Below the pieces are notes generated by a model, which saw only the letters and a program-made list of their open reading frames with translations, searched no databases and had not been told where the DNA came from. From Patescibacteria group bacterium (GTDB taxonomy: Bacteria; Patescibacteriota; Minisyncoccia; Phycocordibacterales; Phycocordibacteraceae), in NCBI GenBank assembly GCA_013815345.1, contig JACDGK010000002.1, positions 99,399 through 163,398 of the forward strand: DNA of 64,000 nucleotides, written 5' to 3'. Below are positions 9,054 to 21,410 of this stretch, one piece after another (within the stretch, counting starts at the first letter, position 1; each line of letters begins with the position of its first letter). A program made the translations under genes and the position numbers.

Positions 9054-10145
9054 CTAGGCGATTGCGTAGGTGCCATTCTTTAGACGACGGAAGTAACGAG
9101 GATCGTTAAGATTTACGAGGATCGTATTGTCTTTTACGTAGCGAACTTTTTTAACGGCCTCGATCACTTGCTCTCGGCTAAGTGGCTTTTTCTTCAGAAC
9201 ATCTTTAATGACGTCACGAACTACTCCAGGGCTATAGCCCCACTCAGCAAGCGCGTAAAGGCCTCTTCCCACCAGTACGAATCGTGCATCCTTGATAAGC
9301 TCATTATGAGTAGTTGCAACGTGTGCTTCTTTTGCAAAAAGTGTCCCAATCGTCTGAGCAACATCGGAAAAGTGCATCGGTTTGCCCGAACGCTTAATTA
9401 CCAAATAAGCGTAGTCTCGAATTCCTTTCGTACGAATAGCCGGAGAAGCCGCGCGACCCCATTCAGCAAGAGGGTTTGCTCCAATGTGTTTCGAGAGTGA
9501 AAGCCATCGTTTTAAAATTTCCTCATTTTTGTAGGCATCATTGATACCTCGTAACTCTTCGATGAATCGATCGAGCATTTCACCTTCGGAAAGGACTTCC
9601 GCATCTGAAAGTCCTGCATACAGACTTGAAAGAGCTGTGTGCACCTTTTTCGCTGTGGGCTGATCAACATGCCAGCGTGCATAAAATTCATCGGTCTCTC
9701 TCTCTCGGAAGAACGCGCTGCCAACCACCAGGAGAAAACGATAACGGTTGCGGGTCTTTTCATCAGAAGCAAGTCCCTCAAGCAGAATTTCTTCAGGGAC
9801 GATGCCACCCATGACTTTAATATGAGAAGCGAGTTCGTCAAAGGCTCCAGCAGCGTCGGTAAATGCTTTTGAGTTACGAATAGCGTCGATACCCGCAGCC
9901 TCTATCTGCCGAACGCGTTCACGGGTTATACCCCACCGTTCTCCGATGGCTTCGAGGGTTTCGCGTTCGCTTGATGTACCGAGCCCAAAACGGTAGGTAA
10001 GGACTTCTCGGGCGCGTTCCGGCACTTCGGCAAGAAGACGCTTTACGGTAGTCGCTGAATCAAACGTGAAAACGGCCTTTTTCTTAGAGCTCGTTTTTGT
10101 GGCTCCTATGCTGGTTTTGTTGACTTTTTTGGATATATTCGACAT
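9054..10145 (-). CDS. Sigma70 region-4 HTH plus HARE-HTH (RNAP delta-like) protein
   Basis: RFGL...TLEAIG...ITRERVRQIE at the N-terminus; PMHFSDV...FVLVGRGLYALAEW at the C-terminus. Confidence 0.8.
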   Translation of the reverse strand: MSNISKKVNKTSIGATKTSSKKKAVFTFDSATTVKRLLAEVPERAREVLTYRFGLGTSSERETLEAIGERWGITRERVRQIEAAGIDAIRNSKAFTDAAGAFDELASHIKVMGGIVPEEILLEGLASDEKTRNRYRFLLVVGSAFFRERETDEFYARWHVDQPTAKKVHTALSSLYAGLSDAEVLSEGEMLDRFIEELRGINDAYKNEEILKRWLSLSKHIGANPLAEWGRAASPAIRTKGIRDYAYLVIKRSGKPMHFSDVAQTIGTLFAKEAHVATTHNELIKDARFVLVGRGLYALAEWGYSPGVVRDVIKDVLKKKPLSREQVIEAVKKVRYVKDNTILVNLNDPRYFRRLKNGTYAIA

Positions 10146-10226
10146 AAATGTATACCATTACTTATACTAGAATACTCAATGATAGTCAAATTATGACACA
10201 TACTGAACTTTTCTGTACGAGCCTAT

Positions 10227-12662
10227 TTACTCCTCTACAACAAGATTGAGGATCTTTCCAGAGACGTACACTATTCTTTTAAGAGTACCCTTTTCAAGAT
10301 ACGTTTGAATGGCGGGAATTAGCTTTGCGGCAGCGAGTGCTTCCTCTTCGCTTGTGTCCGAAGCAATGTGAATTTCTCCGCGACGCTTTCCATTGACCTG
10401 AACGATCACTCTGCTCTTCTCTTCAGAATCTCCTTGGTACTGGGAAATAGGCCATAACTCCGCGTGAATACTCGAGAGTACATTTTTATCGAATCCGTTC
10501 ATTTCTTCGAAGAGATGCTCAGCAAGATGGGGTGCAAATGGCGCAAGAAGCTTCAAAAAATCATGGAATGCGTTTTGTGAGATTTCAGGCAGTTTTTCAA
10601 ACTCGTTAATAAGTATCATCAATGCTGAAATAGCCGTATTGAATTTAAAACGTTCTGTATCACTACTTACCTTCTCAATTGCTCGCGAAAGTGCTCGAGC
10701 AAGTTCTTTCGAGGTATCTATTGTAGTTACTTTTTTTGAAACAGTCACAATCCGATCAAGAAATCGACGCATCGCCTCTACACCGCTCAAATTCCAAGGG
10801 TAGCTCCCGACTTCGTTATAGGGACCGATGAAGGCGAGGTACATGCGAACTGCATCAGCACCATATTTTTGTACGAATTCATCAGGGTTAATGACATTTC
10901 CTTTCGACTTCGACATTTTTGCGCCGTCGGTTCCTAAAATGAGACCCCGATTGAAACGTTCTTCAAAAGGTTCACTCGTGGGCACAAGCGACAGATCATG
11001 GAGTGCTTTGTAGAAGAAGCGTGCATAGAGAAGGTGAACAGTCGTGTGTTCGCTGCCTCCTGAATACCTGTCGACCGGCAGCCAATACTTCATGAGTTTC
11101 TGATTTGAGAACTCATCCGCACCGTGAGGGTTTAAATAGCGTAAAAAATACCACGAAGAATCAACAAATACATCTAGGGTGTCGTATTCTGGAGTCCATC
11201 CCTGGCCAAAAATGCGCTCCACACGTTCGTGCAATTCCTTTGAACTGGCAAGTGGCGACTTTCCTGTGGGGGTAAGGTCCACATCAGTTGGAAGAAGCCA
11301 CGGTAGGTGTTCTGCAGGTACGAGATGTGCTTTTCCATCAAGGTCATACACGATGGGAATCGGACATCCCCAATATCGCTGCCGCGACACTAGCCAATCA
11401 CGGAGGCGGTAGTTAGTTATCCATTCCCCTCCAATCGTCGTGACAATATCATTCATAGCTTCTCGGTTGTCACGATCCGTAAATTCTCCGGAATTAGTAA
11501 GAATGCCGTTATCGGTATATGCAAACGCGCTATCCGTTAGTAGTGGATCTGGAGATTCTATGACAGACACTATCGGCAAATCGAATCTTTTTGCGAAGTC
11601 GAAATCTCGTTCGTCATGAGCGGGAACCGCCATGACGGCTCCTGTTCCATAGGTTGCAATAACGTAGTCAGCGATATACACGGGAATCTCTTGCTTCGTG
11701 GCAGGATTAACTGCGCTGATTCCTTGAAGTCTCACGCCTGTTTTTTCTTTATTCTCAGAACGTTCGCGTTCAGTCTTTCGTGCCGTTGTATGACGATAGT
11801 TTTCGATCTCTTCTTTATTTGAGGCAAGCGGCATAAGAGCATCCACCAAAGGATGCTCAGGAGCGATCACAATGTAGGTGGCACCGAAAATGGTATCTGG
11901 TCGAGTGGTAAAGACTTCGACAATACCCGCATCGTCATTCACGGCGGCACGCACGTCAAAAAATATTTTTGCTCCTTCTGATTCTCCTATCCATGCTTTT
12001 TGAGCATCTTTTATCTCCTGTCGCCATGGAAGTGGATCCAGATCAGTAAGCAACCGTTTTGCGTACTGTGTAATTTTCAAAAACCACTGGGTAAGGTTTC
12101 TCTCTTCAACCTCCGTGCCGCAACGTTCACATTTGCCGTCGATCACCTGTTCATTTGCGAGCACCGTTTGATCTTTTGGGCACCATTTCACTGCAGCAAG
12201 ACGGCGTTCGGCGAGGCCATGTTCAAAGAGTTTCGAAAAAAGCCACTGCGTCCATTTATAATACTCAGGATCGCTTGTCACAACTTCTTTTGTCCAATCA
12301 AATGATGCACCCATCTGTTTTATTTGGGTGCGCATCGTATCCATATTCTGATACGTCCATTCTTTGGGATCGAGTCCTCGCTTGATCGCAGCGTTTTCAG
12401 CAGGAAGCCCAAATGCGTCAAATCCAAATGGATAGAGAACATTCTTTCCTTGCATTCTTTTAAAACGAGCAAAAATGTCGGTCAATGCAAATGCATACCA
12501 GTGACCCGTGTGAAGGTCGCCTGAGGGATATGGGTATTCAATGAGCAGATAATACGGATCTTTAGTGGTGTCGCTAAGATCAGTCTCATAGAGATGGAGC
12601 TCATCCCATTTTTCTTGCGCGACTTTCTCTATTTTCTTATGATCATAGGTTTCCTTTGGCAT
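10227..12662 (-). CDS. leuS: Leucyl-tRNA synthetase
   Basis: PYPSGDLHTGH, FTTRPDT editing domain, SRQRYWG, KMSKS. Confidence 0.98.
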   Translation of the reverse strand: MPKETYDHKKIEKVAQEKWDELHLYETDLSDTTKDPYYLLIEYPYPSGDLHTGHWYAFALTDIFARFKRMQGKNVLYPFGFDAFGLPAENAAIKRGLDPKEWTYQNMDTMRTQIKQMGASFDWTKEVVTSDPEYYKWTQWLFSKLFEHGLAERRLAAVKWCPKDQTVLANEQVIDGKCERCGTEVEERNLTQWFLKITQYAKRLLTDLDPLPWRQEIKDAQKAWIGESEGAKIFFDVRAAVNDDAGIVEVFTTRPDTIFGATYIVIAPEHPLVDALMPLASNKEEIENYRHTTARKTERERSENKEKTGVRLQGISAVNPATKQEIPVYIADYVIATYGTGAVMAVPAHDERDFDFAKRFDLPIVSVIESPDPLLTDSAFAYTDNGILTNSGEFTDRDNREAMNDIVTTIGGEWITNYRLRDWLVSRQRYWGCPIPIVYDLDGKAHLVPAEHLPWLLPTDVDLTPTGKSPLASSKELHERVERIFGQGWTPEYDTLDVFVDSSWYFLRYLNPHGADEFSNQKLMKYWLPVDRYSGGSEHTTVHLLYARFFYKALHDLSLVPTSEPFEERFNRGLILGTDGAKMSKSKGNVINPDEFVQKYGADAVRMYLAFIGPYNEVGSYPWNLSGVEAMRRFLDRIVTVSKKVTTIDTSKELARALSRAIEKVSSDTERFKFNTAISALMILINEFEKLPEISQNAFHDFLKLLAPFAPHLAEHLFEEMNGFDKNVLSSIHAELWPISQYQGDSEEKSRVIVQVNGKRRGEIHIASDTSEEEALAAAKLIPAIQTYLEKGTLKRIVYVSGKILNLVVEE

Positions 12663-12694
12663 ATACTATGTCCAACGTTTAGAAACGTATGACG

Positions 12695-13279
12695 TTAATC
12701 GCGAAAACGTTTGTAGCCTATGTAGAGAAGTACCACCAGGGCGATAAAGGAGATGCCGAGACGAAGCCAGTTCCCTGCCTCGCTCCAATACTGAGCTGAT
12801 CCGATAACCATAGCGAGCACTCCTCCGTACGAGAGCCCACCCGAGACAATAGAAGAACCTATCGGAAATACACCGATGATAAGCGAAAGGACACCGAATC
12901 CTACGAGTACGCCGAAGGTTTTAAGCTGATGATCCTGTTGCGCCGTCTGAAATGGTTTTTGACACTTGGTATACAGATCGCAATATCCATCTGGTGTTTT
13001 CGGGACCGTAACGTTTTGGGCTCCAACAGGATCAACTGGTGGTGCAGGGCTCCACGTCCCTCCTTCCGTAATACAGCTGTCCTGGCTCAGGGGAGCAGGA
13101 GCATTCCCTGATCGGCAGAAATCTTCATATTTCGGTGCCGGAAAAATAAGTGAATTTACGACAAAAAAGAAAATATTAAGGGCGATGACGATTCCAAGCA
13201 TCACTGCCCATCGCACAAATCGAGGCCCTTTGTTAAGTATTTTCGTTTTTTCGTCGGTATAAGTCGAGATGTGTTCCAT
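12695..13279 (-). CDS. Multi-pass membrane protein with a Cys-containing external loop
   Basis: Four hydrophobic helices and four Cys in the loop; TATACT just upstream of ATG. Confidence 0.75.
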   Translation of the reverse strand: MEHISTYTDEKTKILNKGPRFVRWAVMLGIVIALNIFFFVVNSLIFPAPKYEDFCRSGNAPAPLSQDSCITEGGTWSPAPPVDPVGAQNVTVPKTPDGYCDLYTKCQKPFQTAQQDHQLKTFGVLVGFGVLSLIIGVFPIGSSIVSGGLSYGGVLAMVIGSAQYWSEAGNWLRLGISFIALVVLLYIGYKRFRD

Positions 13280-13333
13280 GGAAATATAGTATACCCCACA
13301 TTCAAACTCGCTAGCTCACGCACGCTACCAGCG

Positions 13334-14431
13334 TTAACTATGCAAAAAGACCATGACATCACCATCGGAAACGGTATAGGTCTTTCCTTCTGTTCGAATA
13401 TCGCCTTTGTCGCGTGCAGCACTCCAGCTTCCATCAGTAAGGAGGGTATCCCACCCAATGACTTCAGCGCGAATAAATTTATCTTTGAAATCCGTATGAA
13501 TTGCGGCTCCCGCTTCCGGAGCGGAAGCATTCATTGGCACAGTCCATGCGCGTGATTCTTTTGGGCCGGTCGTGAAGAAGGTGATGAGTCCCAGTGTTTC
13601 GTACGCACCTCGAATAAGTTCGGTGAGACCATTAATCTGTAAACCTAGCTCTTGTCGGAATATCTCCTGATCGCTTTCGGCGACTTCATTGAGGTCCCGT
13701 TCTGTTGCCGCATCCACGTGTACATAGCTTGAATCCAAAGCGTGCACAAGTTCATACGCCTCCTGTGAACGTCCATCATTTATCTCGTGAAGGTTCAGAC
13801 CTCCCGCCTTGCCATTGAAGGCATACAGTATTGGCTTCAGAGTGAGGAGACTCAGTGATTTTATAAGTTTTAAATCCTCGGGAGTCAGTGCAACACTTCG
13901 AGCAAGTTTTCCGAGGCCGAGGGTTTCTTCGATCTTACCAAGTATCGCGTCTTCAACGATTGCTTCCTTTACGGCTGCTCGTATATCACGTACGAGTCGT
14001 TCACGCCTTCCTGAAACAGTTTGCTGATCTGCAAGAATAAGCTCTAGATTTATAACTTCAATATCATTGATAGGACGTACATCGCCATGTACATGGATCA
14101 CGTCAGAATCATCGAAGAATCGAACAACTTCAAGAATCGCGTCGACTTCCCGAATGTGCGTAAGGAATTGATTTCCTAAACCTTCCCCTTCCGATGCACC
14201 TTTTACCAGACCTGCAATATCAACAAACTCGATAGCGGCTGGAATAGTTTTTTCTGATTTCGAAAGCTCAGCAAGCTGCGTAAGTCGATTATCGGGCACG
14301 CCAACGACACCGACCGAAGGATCAATCGTACAAAAAGGATAATTCTCTGCCGGCACGTTTTGCTTTGTGAGTGCATTAAAAAGCGTCGATTTGCCGACGT
14401 TTGGGAGACCCACAATACCTATCTTCAACAT
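13334..14431 (-). CDS. ychF: Redox-regulated ATPase YchF
   Basis: GIVGLPNVGKST, NYPFCTI, DIAGLV, TGS domain. Confidence 0.97.
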   Translation of the reverse strand: MLKIGIVGLPNVGKSTLFNALTKQNVPAENYPFCTIDPSVGVVGVPDNRLTQLAELSKSEKTIPAAIEFVDIAGLVKGASEGEGLGNQFLTHIREVDAILEVVRFFDDSDVIHVHGDVRPINDIEVINLELILADQQTVSGRRERLVRDIRAAVKEAIVEDAILGKIEETLGLGKLARSVALTPEDLKLIKSLSLLTLKPILYAFNGKAGGLNLHEINDGRSQEAYELVHALDSSYVHVDAATERDLNEVAESDQEIFRQELGLQINGLTELIRGAYETLGLITFFTTGPKESRAWTVPMNASAPEAGAAIHTDFKDKFIRAEVIGWDTLLTDGSWSAARDKGDIRTEGKTYTVSDGDVMVFLHS

Positions 14432-14543
14432 CCACTTACCCTAACGGCAAACGTCCCAAAACGCAAAATTATTTATACCCAAAGAAAAACACCCTTCTCA
14501 GAGACTGCTCAATGTTTATACATAATTGCCGGCGAGCTAACAA

Positions 14544-15113
14544 TTAGATTCCCTTTCGAGCGAGGTTTGCAATATTTTTCTCCCACTTCGTAAGAAGCGC
14601 TGGCGTGGCGTTTTCCGAATGACCGATCTCAGTAAGATGCACTTTGAATCCTGCGAAACCCAGCAGTGCACGGCTTATTTCATTAGTAAAATTACCAAAA
14701 AGAGATCGTATAAGAATGGGCCAGTTCTTGGAAAGAATAATAACGCGTGCTGTGCGGCCCTTAAGTAGCTTGTCCCAGCCCATTTTGTTTTTATGCATAT
14801 GAAAAGCAAAACCGGGAAGAAACATCCGATCCCACATGCCTTTGAGAAGCGCAGGCATAGATGACCACCAAAGTGGATAGAGAAGGACGAAATGTTCACA
14901 CCACTTCATGTTCTCTTGCACCAGCTTGAGGTCTGGCTCAAGCTCCTGAATCATTTTGTAGCCTTTGTGAAGGATTGGATCAAAATGCAGGTCTCCAAGG
15001 TTTAGTCGTTTTATTTCGTGGCCAGCTTTTCGTGCCTCTCTTTCATACACGTCAGCGAAGTCGCCCGCAAGCGAGTGCGTATCAGGATTGCCGAGAAGGA
15101 TAAATATTCGCAT
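14544..15113 (-). CDS. Flavodoxin-fold NAD(P)H:quinone oxidoreductase
   Basis: YPLWWSSMPALLKGMWDR motif. Confidence 0.88.
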   Translation of the reverse strand: MRIFILLGNPDTHSLAGDFADVYEREARKAGHEIKRLNLGDLHFDPILHKGYKMIQELEPDLKLVQENMKWCEHFVLLYPLWWSSMPALLKGMWDRMFLPGFAFHMHKNKMGWDKLLKGRTARVIILSKNWPILIRSLFGNFTNEISRALLGFAGFKVHLTEIGHSENATPALLTKWEKNIANLARKGI

Positions 15114-15126
15114 AGAAATGTATTAA

Positions 15127-15636
15127 TTAATGAGATATCTGTGCACGCATGACTACGCGGAGGTAGCCGAGCATGCCTGCAACTACAAACGTCATAAATA
15201 AATACGCTACGAGCAGTACCAGATAGCCGTAGGAATTGAGAAAGCCCAGATCGATAAGAAGAATCATCCACCACGCAACCAAAATCGCAACCGATCCGAA
15301 CCACCAAGCTACGAAGTCTTTCGAGAGAAGATTTGCAAAAATAATAATAAGGAGCGTTAACGTCTGCAGCGCCCAGAATGGTGCCGTGAGTACGGCTTGA
15401 GACGCATTTGGCACTAGATATTCCAATACCATGAGAGCGCTACCTGAAATGATGATGAGAAGGATTCCAAGCGTAAGTCCTCGAAGCATTCGACGCAGAT
15501 ATTTCCTCTCGTGATGATCAATCCTACCGTCTGCCGCTGCTTTAGTATAAAAAACCTCTGCAAAGGTTATGCTGCCCGTTCCGATAAGTGCTCCAAGTGT
15601 GTGAACAGCTGCGAAAAATGAAATTAACGAAAACAT
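15127..15636 (-). CDS. Multi-pass membrane protein
   Basis: About five hydrophobic helices; fits operon spacing. Confidence 0.75.
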   Translation of the reverse strand: MFSLISFFAAVHTLGALIGTGSITFAEVFYTKAAADGRIDHHERKYLRRMLRGLTLGILLIIISGSALMVLEYLVPNASQAVLTAPFWALQTLTLLIIIFANLLSKDFVAWWFGSVAILVAWWMILLIDLGFLNSYGYLVLLVAYLFMTFVVAGMLGYLRVVMRAQISH

Positions 15637-15650
15637 ACTATTCGTTTGTG

Positions 15651-15884
15651 TTATGTAGCGGTAAGTTCTGAAAGTTCCTTTCGGTATTTCTTCATTACCT
15701 CCATTGTTGCTTTCATCTGCGGTTCGCCGCCCTTTTTCACTCGTCGGTCTACTTCTTCCCCGATTTTTTTAAATAATTCCGGATCTTTCTTAACGAGATT
15801 CATGATTTGTTCCCGCTGCTCTTCGGGAACATCCTTCATTTTCCACTTCATTGCCTGATTCAAAAGAAAATCTTGAATTGCCAT
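15651..15884 (-). CDS. Small helical hypothetical protein
   Basis: 77 aa, charged, helical; TATACT upstream. Confidence 0.75.
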   Translation of the reverse strand: MAIQDFLLNQAMKWKMKDVPEEQREQIMNLVKKDPELFKKIGEEVDRRVKKGGEPQMKATMEVMKKYRKELSELTAT

Positions 15885-15903
15885 ATATCTATCAGTATAT
15901 CAT

Positions 15904-16152
15904 TTAAAGAATAATGGTGGCTTGATTGTTGGAAATCTCAGCAATGCTATATGCAGGTATATGGATCGAGTGTTTTGTGCCTTGCGCATCTTCAATCTTT
16001 GCTTCGCCTTCGGCAAGCGGGGTTACAAATGCTTCATGATTTGCCATCACAGTAAAAATACCATCAGCTCCGGGAAGTGTGACGGATACCGCTTCCCCAT
16101 CGAAGATGTTCTGGCCGACTTGAGCGATAGTGAGGTGAAAAGTGTGGGCCAT
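15904..16152 (-). CDS. atpC: ATP synthase epsilon subunit (N-terminal domain only)
   Basis: LPGADG.FTVMANH motif; last gene of the atp operon. Confidence 0.9.
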   Translation of the reverse strand: MAHTFHLTIAQVGQNIFDGEAVSVTLPGADGIFTVMANHEAFVTPLAEGEAKIEDAQGTKHSIHIPAYSIAEISNNQATIIL

Positions 16153-16206
16153 ACGTGGTAAGTAATTTTGAGCACGTTTGTGCGAGCAGAGTCTTCGAGA
16201 TGAGCT

Positions 16207-17607
<1,401 letters not shown>

Positions 17608-17616
17608 CTATTGCGT

Positions 17617-18525
17617 TTACACGGCCAGCGCCTCGCGGCCACTGATGATCTCCGACACCTCGCGGGTAATGGCTGCTTGGCGGACTTTGTTGTATTGGCG
17701 TGTAAGATCGCGAGTGACTTCTTTTGATTTATCAGAGGCAGCTTTCATCGCAACCATACGCGCTGAGTGCTCAGATGCTTTTGCCTCGAGCAACATGTAG
17801 TACAGCGAGACAGCAACCAAACGAGGAATAAGAATACCAAGTACTTCATCGGCTGATGGTTCGACGTCATACGATGTTGGGGACTCCAGCATCGGCTCAC
17901 TACTCCATTTTCCTTTCGCCGGACGAATATCGTGAACAAGTCCTGAGATGCTTTCAAGCGAAAGCGGAAGCAATGGCCGCACCGTGGGAATTTGTTCAAA
18001 GGTTGAGCGAAAGTTTGTATATACTGCAATAACCTCGTCATATTCTCCGGCAAGGAATCCGGTTGAAAGCTCTGTTGAGAGTTCCTGCATCACGGACAAA
18101 GGCACGTCATCGCGTTTGTTTTCAAAGGCCCTAATGATCGTATAGTTGCGGCGACTAAAATATTCCTCACCTTTGCGGCCATACGCATACACACTGATTG
18201 AGTTGGTCGCTCGATCACCCACGACACGTACTGCTGCCTTAATAACACCGCTGTTCAGACCTCCGGCAAGTCCTTTATCGCTCGTGATGAGTACCAATGC
18301 CGTTCTCTTCACTTCACGGGCCTGTGTTAGTGGGTGACGCGCAACTTCACTGCTTCCTGAAAGACGCGCGAGAATCGAAAGCGCAGCGCGCGCATATGCG
18401 CGACCATCAAAAGCCGCCTGTTGCGTCTTGCGCATTTTTACGGCAGATACGGCTTCCATGGCACGGGTCACTGTGTTCATGCGTTTGGTCGCGCCGATCT
18501 TTGCTTTGATATCTTTGAGTGCCAT
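17617..18525 (-). CDS. atpG: ATP synthase gamma subunit
   Basis: DKGLAGG, SEHSARMVAM, RQAAITREVSEI. Confidence 0.97.
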   Translation of the reverse strand: MALKDIKAKIGATKRMNTVTRAMEAVSAVKMRKTQQAAFDGRAYARAALSILARLSGSSEVARHPLTQAREVKRTALVLITSDKGLAGGLNSGVIKAAVRVVGDRATNSISVYAYGRKGEEYFSRRNYTIIRAFENKRDDVPLSVMQELSTELSTGFLAGEYDEVIAVYTNFRSTFEQIPTVRPLLPLSLESISGLVHDIRPAKGKWSSEPMLESPTSYDVEPSADEVLGILIPRLVAVSLYYMLLEAKASEHSARMVAMKAASDKSKEVTRDLTRQYNKVRQAAITREVSEIISGREALAV

Positions 18526-18533
18526 GAGTTTCT

Positions 18534-20111
18534 TTATGCTTCCTTTTCAACAGGAGTTGCCCGCTCGGCAAAGGCGTCCAGCTTTGCTCGAAGAGCCTTG
18601 TCCGTGGCATCGCTGATCTCGCGACTATCACGAATGGCTTTAAGTTCTGCTTTTGCCTCGCGGGTAAGGAAATCTTGCAAACGAACTTCAGCGGCACTCG
18701 TTTCTGCGGCAGGGAATCCATCGAGAAATCCGTTCGTCGCTGCAAAGATCACGGCAGCTTCCATTTCAAAGGCAAGCGGCTTGCCTTGTGGCTGATTAAG
18801 AATCTGTGTCATACGCTGTCCTGCATCGATCTGCTTTTTAGTACCTTCATCGAGATCAGAAGCAAACTGCATGAACGCTTCAAGCTCTCGAAACTGTGCG
18901 AGCTCGAGCTTAATCTTTCCGGAAACTTTCTTCATGGCTTTTGTTTGTGCGGATGAGCCGACACGCGATACTGAGTTACCCACGTCGATAGCAGGACGCT
19001 GACCTTTGTTGAAAAGATTTGCAAGCAAGAAAACTTGTCCGTCGGTGATCGAAATAACGTTTGTGGGAATGTAGGCCGAGATATCACCTTCCTGGGTCTC
19101 AATGATCGGGAGCGCGGTGAGTGAACCACCTCCTTTTTCTTTTGAAAGTTTTGCGGCGCGCTCGAGAAGTCGTGAGTGCAAATAGAAAATGTCTCCCGGA
19201 TACGCTTCGCGCCCCGGCGGACGGCGAAGAAGGAGCGACATCTGACGATATGCCACTGCATGTTTTGAAAGATCGTCATAAATCACCAATGCATCTTTGC
19301 CTTGATCCATAAAATGCTCCCCTATCGTTGCACCCGCAAACGGAGCAAGGAATTGGAATGCCGCTGGACTTGAAGCGGGAGCGGTTACGACGATTGTATA
19401 GTCCATTGCACCGGCTTCGGCGAGGTCAGCAACGATGCGTGCAGTCTTTGATTCTTTCTGCCCAATAGCTACGTAGATACAAATAGGGCGAGTCGCCGGG
19501 TCTTCAGTCTTTTGGTTAAGGATCGTATCAATAGCGATAGTCGTTTTGCCGACACCACGATCCCCAATGATGAGCTCGCGCTGACCACGGCCGATCGGAA
19601 TGAGCGCGTCAAGCGCCTTGATACCGGTATGAATAGGCGTATTCACCGGCGCACGATCCATAACCCCGTATGCTTCGCGCTCAATCGGGGTGAGTTTGGT
19701 ACCTGAGCCGCTTGCACCAACGGCACCTTTTCCGTCCACTGGTTCGCCAAGCGCATTCACCACACGGCCGACGAGCCCATCACCCACTGGAATGGAAAGT
19801 AACCGACCAAGACGACGCACGCGCATACCTTCGTACACACGAGAGGCATCACCGAGGATCACCACCCGCACGCCGTCCTCTTCAAGGTTCAGCACGAGCC
19901 CGTAGATTTGCTCGGCGTCCTTGAGTGCCGATTCGAGAGTACGATCGAAGGTTGGATCAAACAGCACCATCTCGGCCATAACGGCGCCTTCAAGACCATC
20001 AATTTCAGCGATGCCATCACCAGTCGTGCGAACGACACCCGTTTCCTCTTCACGAGTGACGGACGTCATCGAGGCGATTTCCTGTTCGATCTTTTTGATA
20101 ATGCTTTCCAT
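18534..20111 (-). CDS. atpA: ATP synthase alpha subunit
   Basis: [29 protein letters not shown]. Confidence 0.98.
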   Translation of the reverse strand: MESIIKKIEQEIASMTSVTREEETGVVRTTGDGIAEIDGLEGAVMAEMVLFDPTFDRTLESALKDAEQIYGLVLNLEEDGVRVVILGDASRVYEGMRVRRLGRLLSIPVGDGLVGRVVNALGEPVDGKGAVGASGSGTKLTPIEREAYGVMDRAPVNTPIHTGIKALDALIPIGRGQRELIIGDRGVGKTTIAIDTILNQKTEDPATRPICIYVAIGQKESKTARIVADLAEAGAMDYTIVVTAPASSPAAFQFLAPFAGATIGEHFMDQGKDALVIYDDLSKHAVAYRQMSLLLRRPPGREAYPGDIFYLHSRLLERAAKLSKEKGGGSLTALPIIETQEGDISAYIPTNVISITDGQVFLLANLFNKGQRPAIDVGNSVSRVGSSAQTKAMKKVSGKIKLELAQFRELEAFMQFASDLDEGTKKQIDAGQRMTQILNQPQGKPLAFEMEAAVIFAATNGFLDGFPAAETSAAEVRLQDFLTREAKAELKAIRDSREISDATDKALRAKLDAFAERATPVEKEA

Positions 20112-20138
20112 ACGAGATACAATGAGTAAATAAAATAA

Positions 20139-20510
20139 TTACGCGGTGGTGATACTGCGATAGAGCTCTATGAGTTCACGTTTTGCGGACGCATCGATAA
20201 GCATTCCTTGCCCGCTTGCCCGCCATCCTTTGATGAGCGATACATTTACGTGTGCCTTCTCTGCGTGAATGCCGCGGGCTACGGCTTCTTTGAGTGCTGT
20301 TGGTGCTTCTCTTTCATGGGCCACTTCAACTGAGGCTGCGAGTTTTGTATTGCGTGCATCAAGACGCTTTAGATCTGCAAGAATAGACGGAAGAAGTTTC
20401 AAGCGACCCTGCTCTTTAAGATGCTCAGTGAGATTCTTGACAAGTTTTTTTGCATCCGCGCCCTCTTGCTGTGAAGCCGTCCAAAGTGCCTGTGCGTATA
20501 GATTGGTCAT
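20139..20510 (-). CDS. atpH: ATP synthase delta subunit (short form)
   Basis: YAQAL start, LIKGW...IDAS C-terminus, operon position. Confidence 0.82.
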   Translation of the reverse strand: MTNLYAQALWTASQQEGADAKKLVKNLTEHLKEQGRLKLLPSILADLKRLDARNTKLAASVEVAHEREAPTALKEAVARGIHAEKAHVNVSLIKGWRASGQGMLIDASAKRELIELYRSITTA

Positions 20511-20516
20511 AGTACG

Positions 20517-20975
20517 TTAGGCGTGCTTCGAGTGCTCTTTCATCAACACTTTCTCTGCAGCAAGAATAGCAAGACGAGCTACTTCTTTTTCACTTTCCCG
20601 AAGTGACTTTGCTGCTGTTTCTTTTGCGCGAGCTTCCGCATCGACGGCTACACTTGCGGCTCGTGCTTCTGCTTCTTTTAAAATACGTACCCGTTCTGCA
20701 GTGGCCGTCTCGCGAGCGCCCGCAACGATGCCGTCTGCCTCGCCCTCTGCCTTCGTAACCAGCGTGGCAGCTTCAACGTCCGCTGTCGCAAGTTTCTCTG
20801 CTGCACGCTCAGCGTCAATGACCCCTTGAGCCACTTTCTTTTGGCGCGCATCGAGTGTCTTCATAACTGGCTTATACAGCAAGTACGTGAGTGCGACCAT
20901 GAGGATGCCGAAGTTTACCGCCTGCGCGAGAAGAAGCGAACCACTGATACCAAAAGCTGCGAGTAGTGCTTGCAT
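20517..20975 (-). CDS. atpF: ATP synthase b subunit
   Basis: QAVNFGIL TM helix, YKP, coiled coil. Confidence 0.95.
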   Translation of the reverse strand: MQALLAAFGISGSLLLAQAVNFGILMVALTYLLYKPVMKTLDARQKKVAQGVIDAERAAEKLATADVEAATLVTKAEGEADGIVAGARETATAERVRILKEAEARAASVAVDAEARAKETAAKSLRESEKEVARLAILAAEKVLMKEHSKHA

Positions 20976-21019
20976 ACGTCAATTTAGAAAAAGTGTGGAT
21001 AAAAGCCTTCTAGAGGCTT

Positions 21020-21259
<240 letters not shown>

Positions 21260-21287
21260 TTAACACGTAATAATATCCGCAACTTTA

Positions 21288-21410
21288 GAGTATGTTCAAA
21301 ACTTTCCAGATGCAAGGCGCGGGAGAAAAATTTTCTGAGGTGTACGAGTAGTACAGTAAAGAAAATTTTTTGAACCGCAACGTAGCAAATGGGAAGTTTG
21401 GGATATACTC
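21288..21410. repeat. 123-bp imperfect palindrome (MITE/ERIC-like element)
   Basis: Ends GAGTATGTTCAAAACTTTCC...GGGAAGTTTGGGATATACTC, inner arms AAAAATTTTCT/AGAAAATTTTT, apex TGTAC-GAGTA-GTACA. Confidence 0.8.

Noticed and set aside
20994-21002. Perfect DnaA box TGTGGATAA between atpE and atpF (another inside mltG near 24766)
   Set aside because: Isolated boxes with no cluster, DUE or dnaA/dnaN nearby; not an origin.
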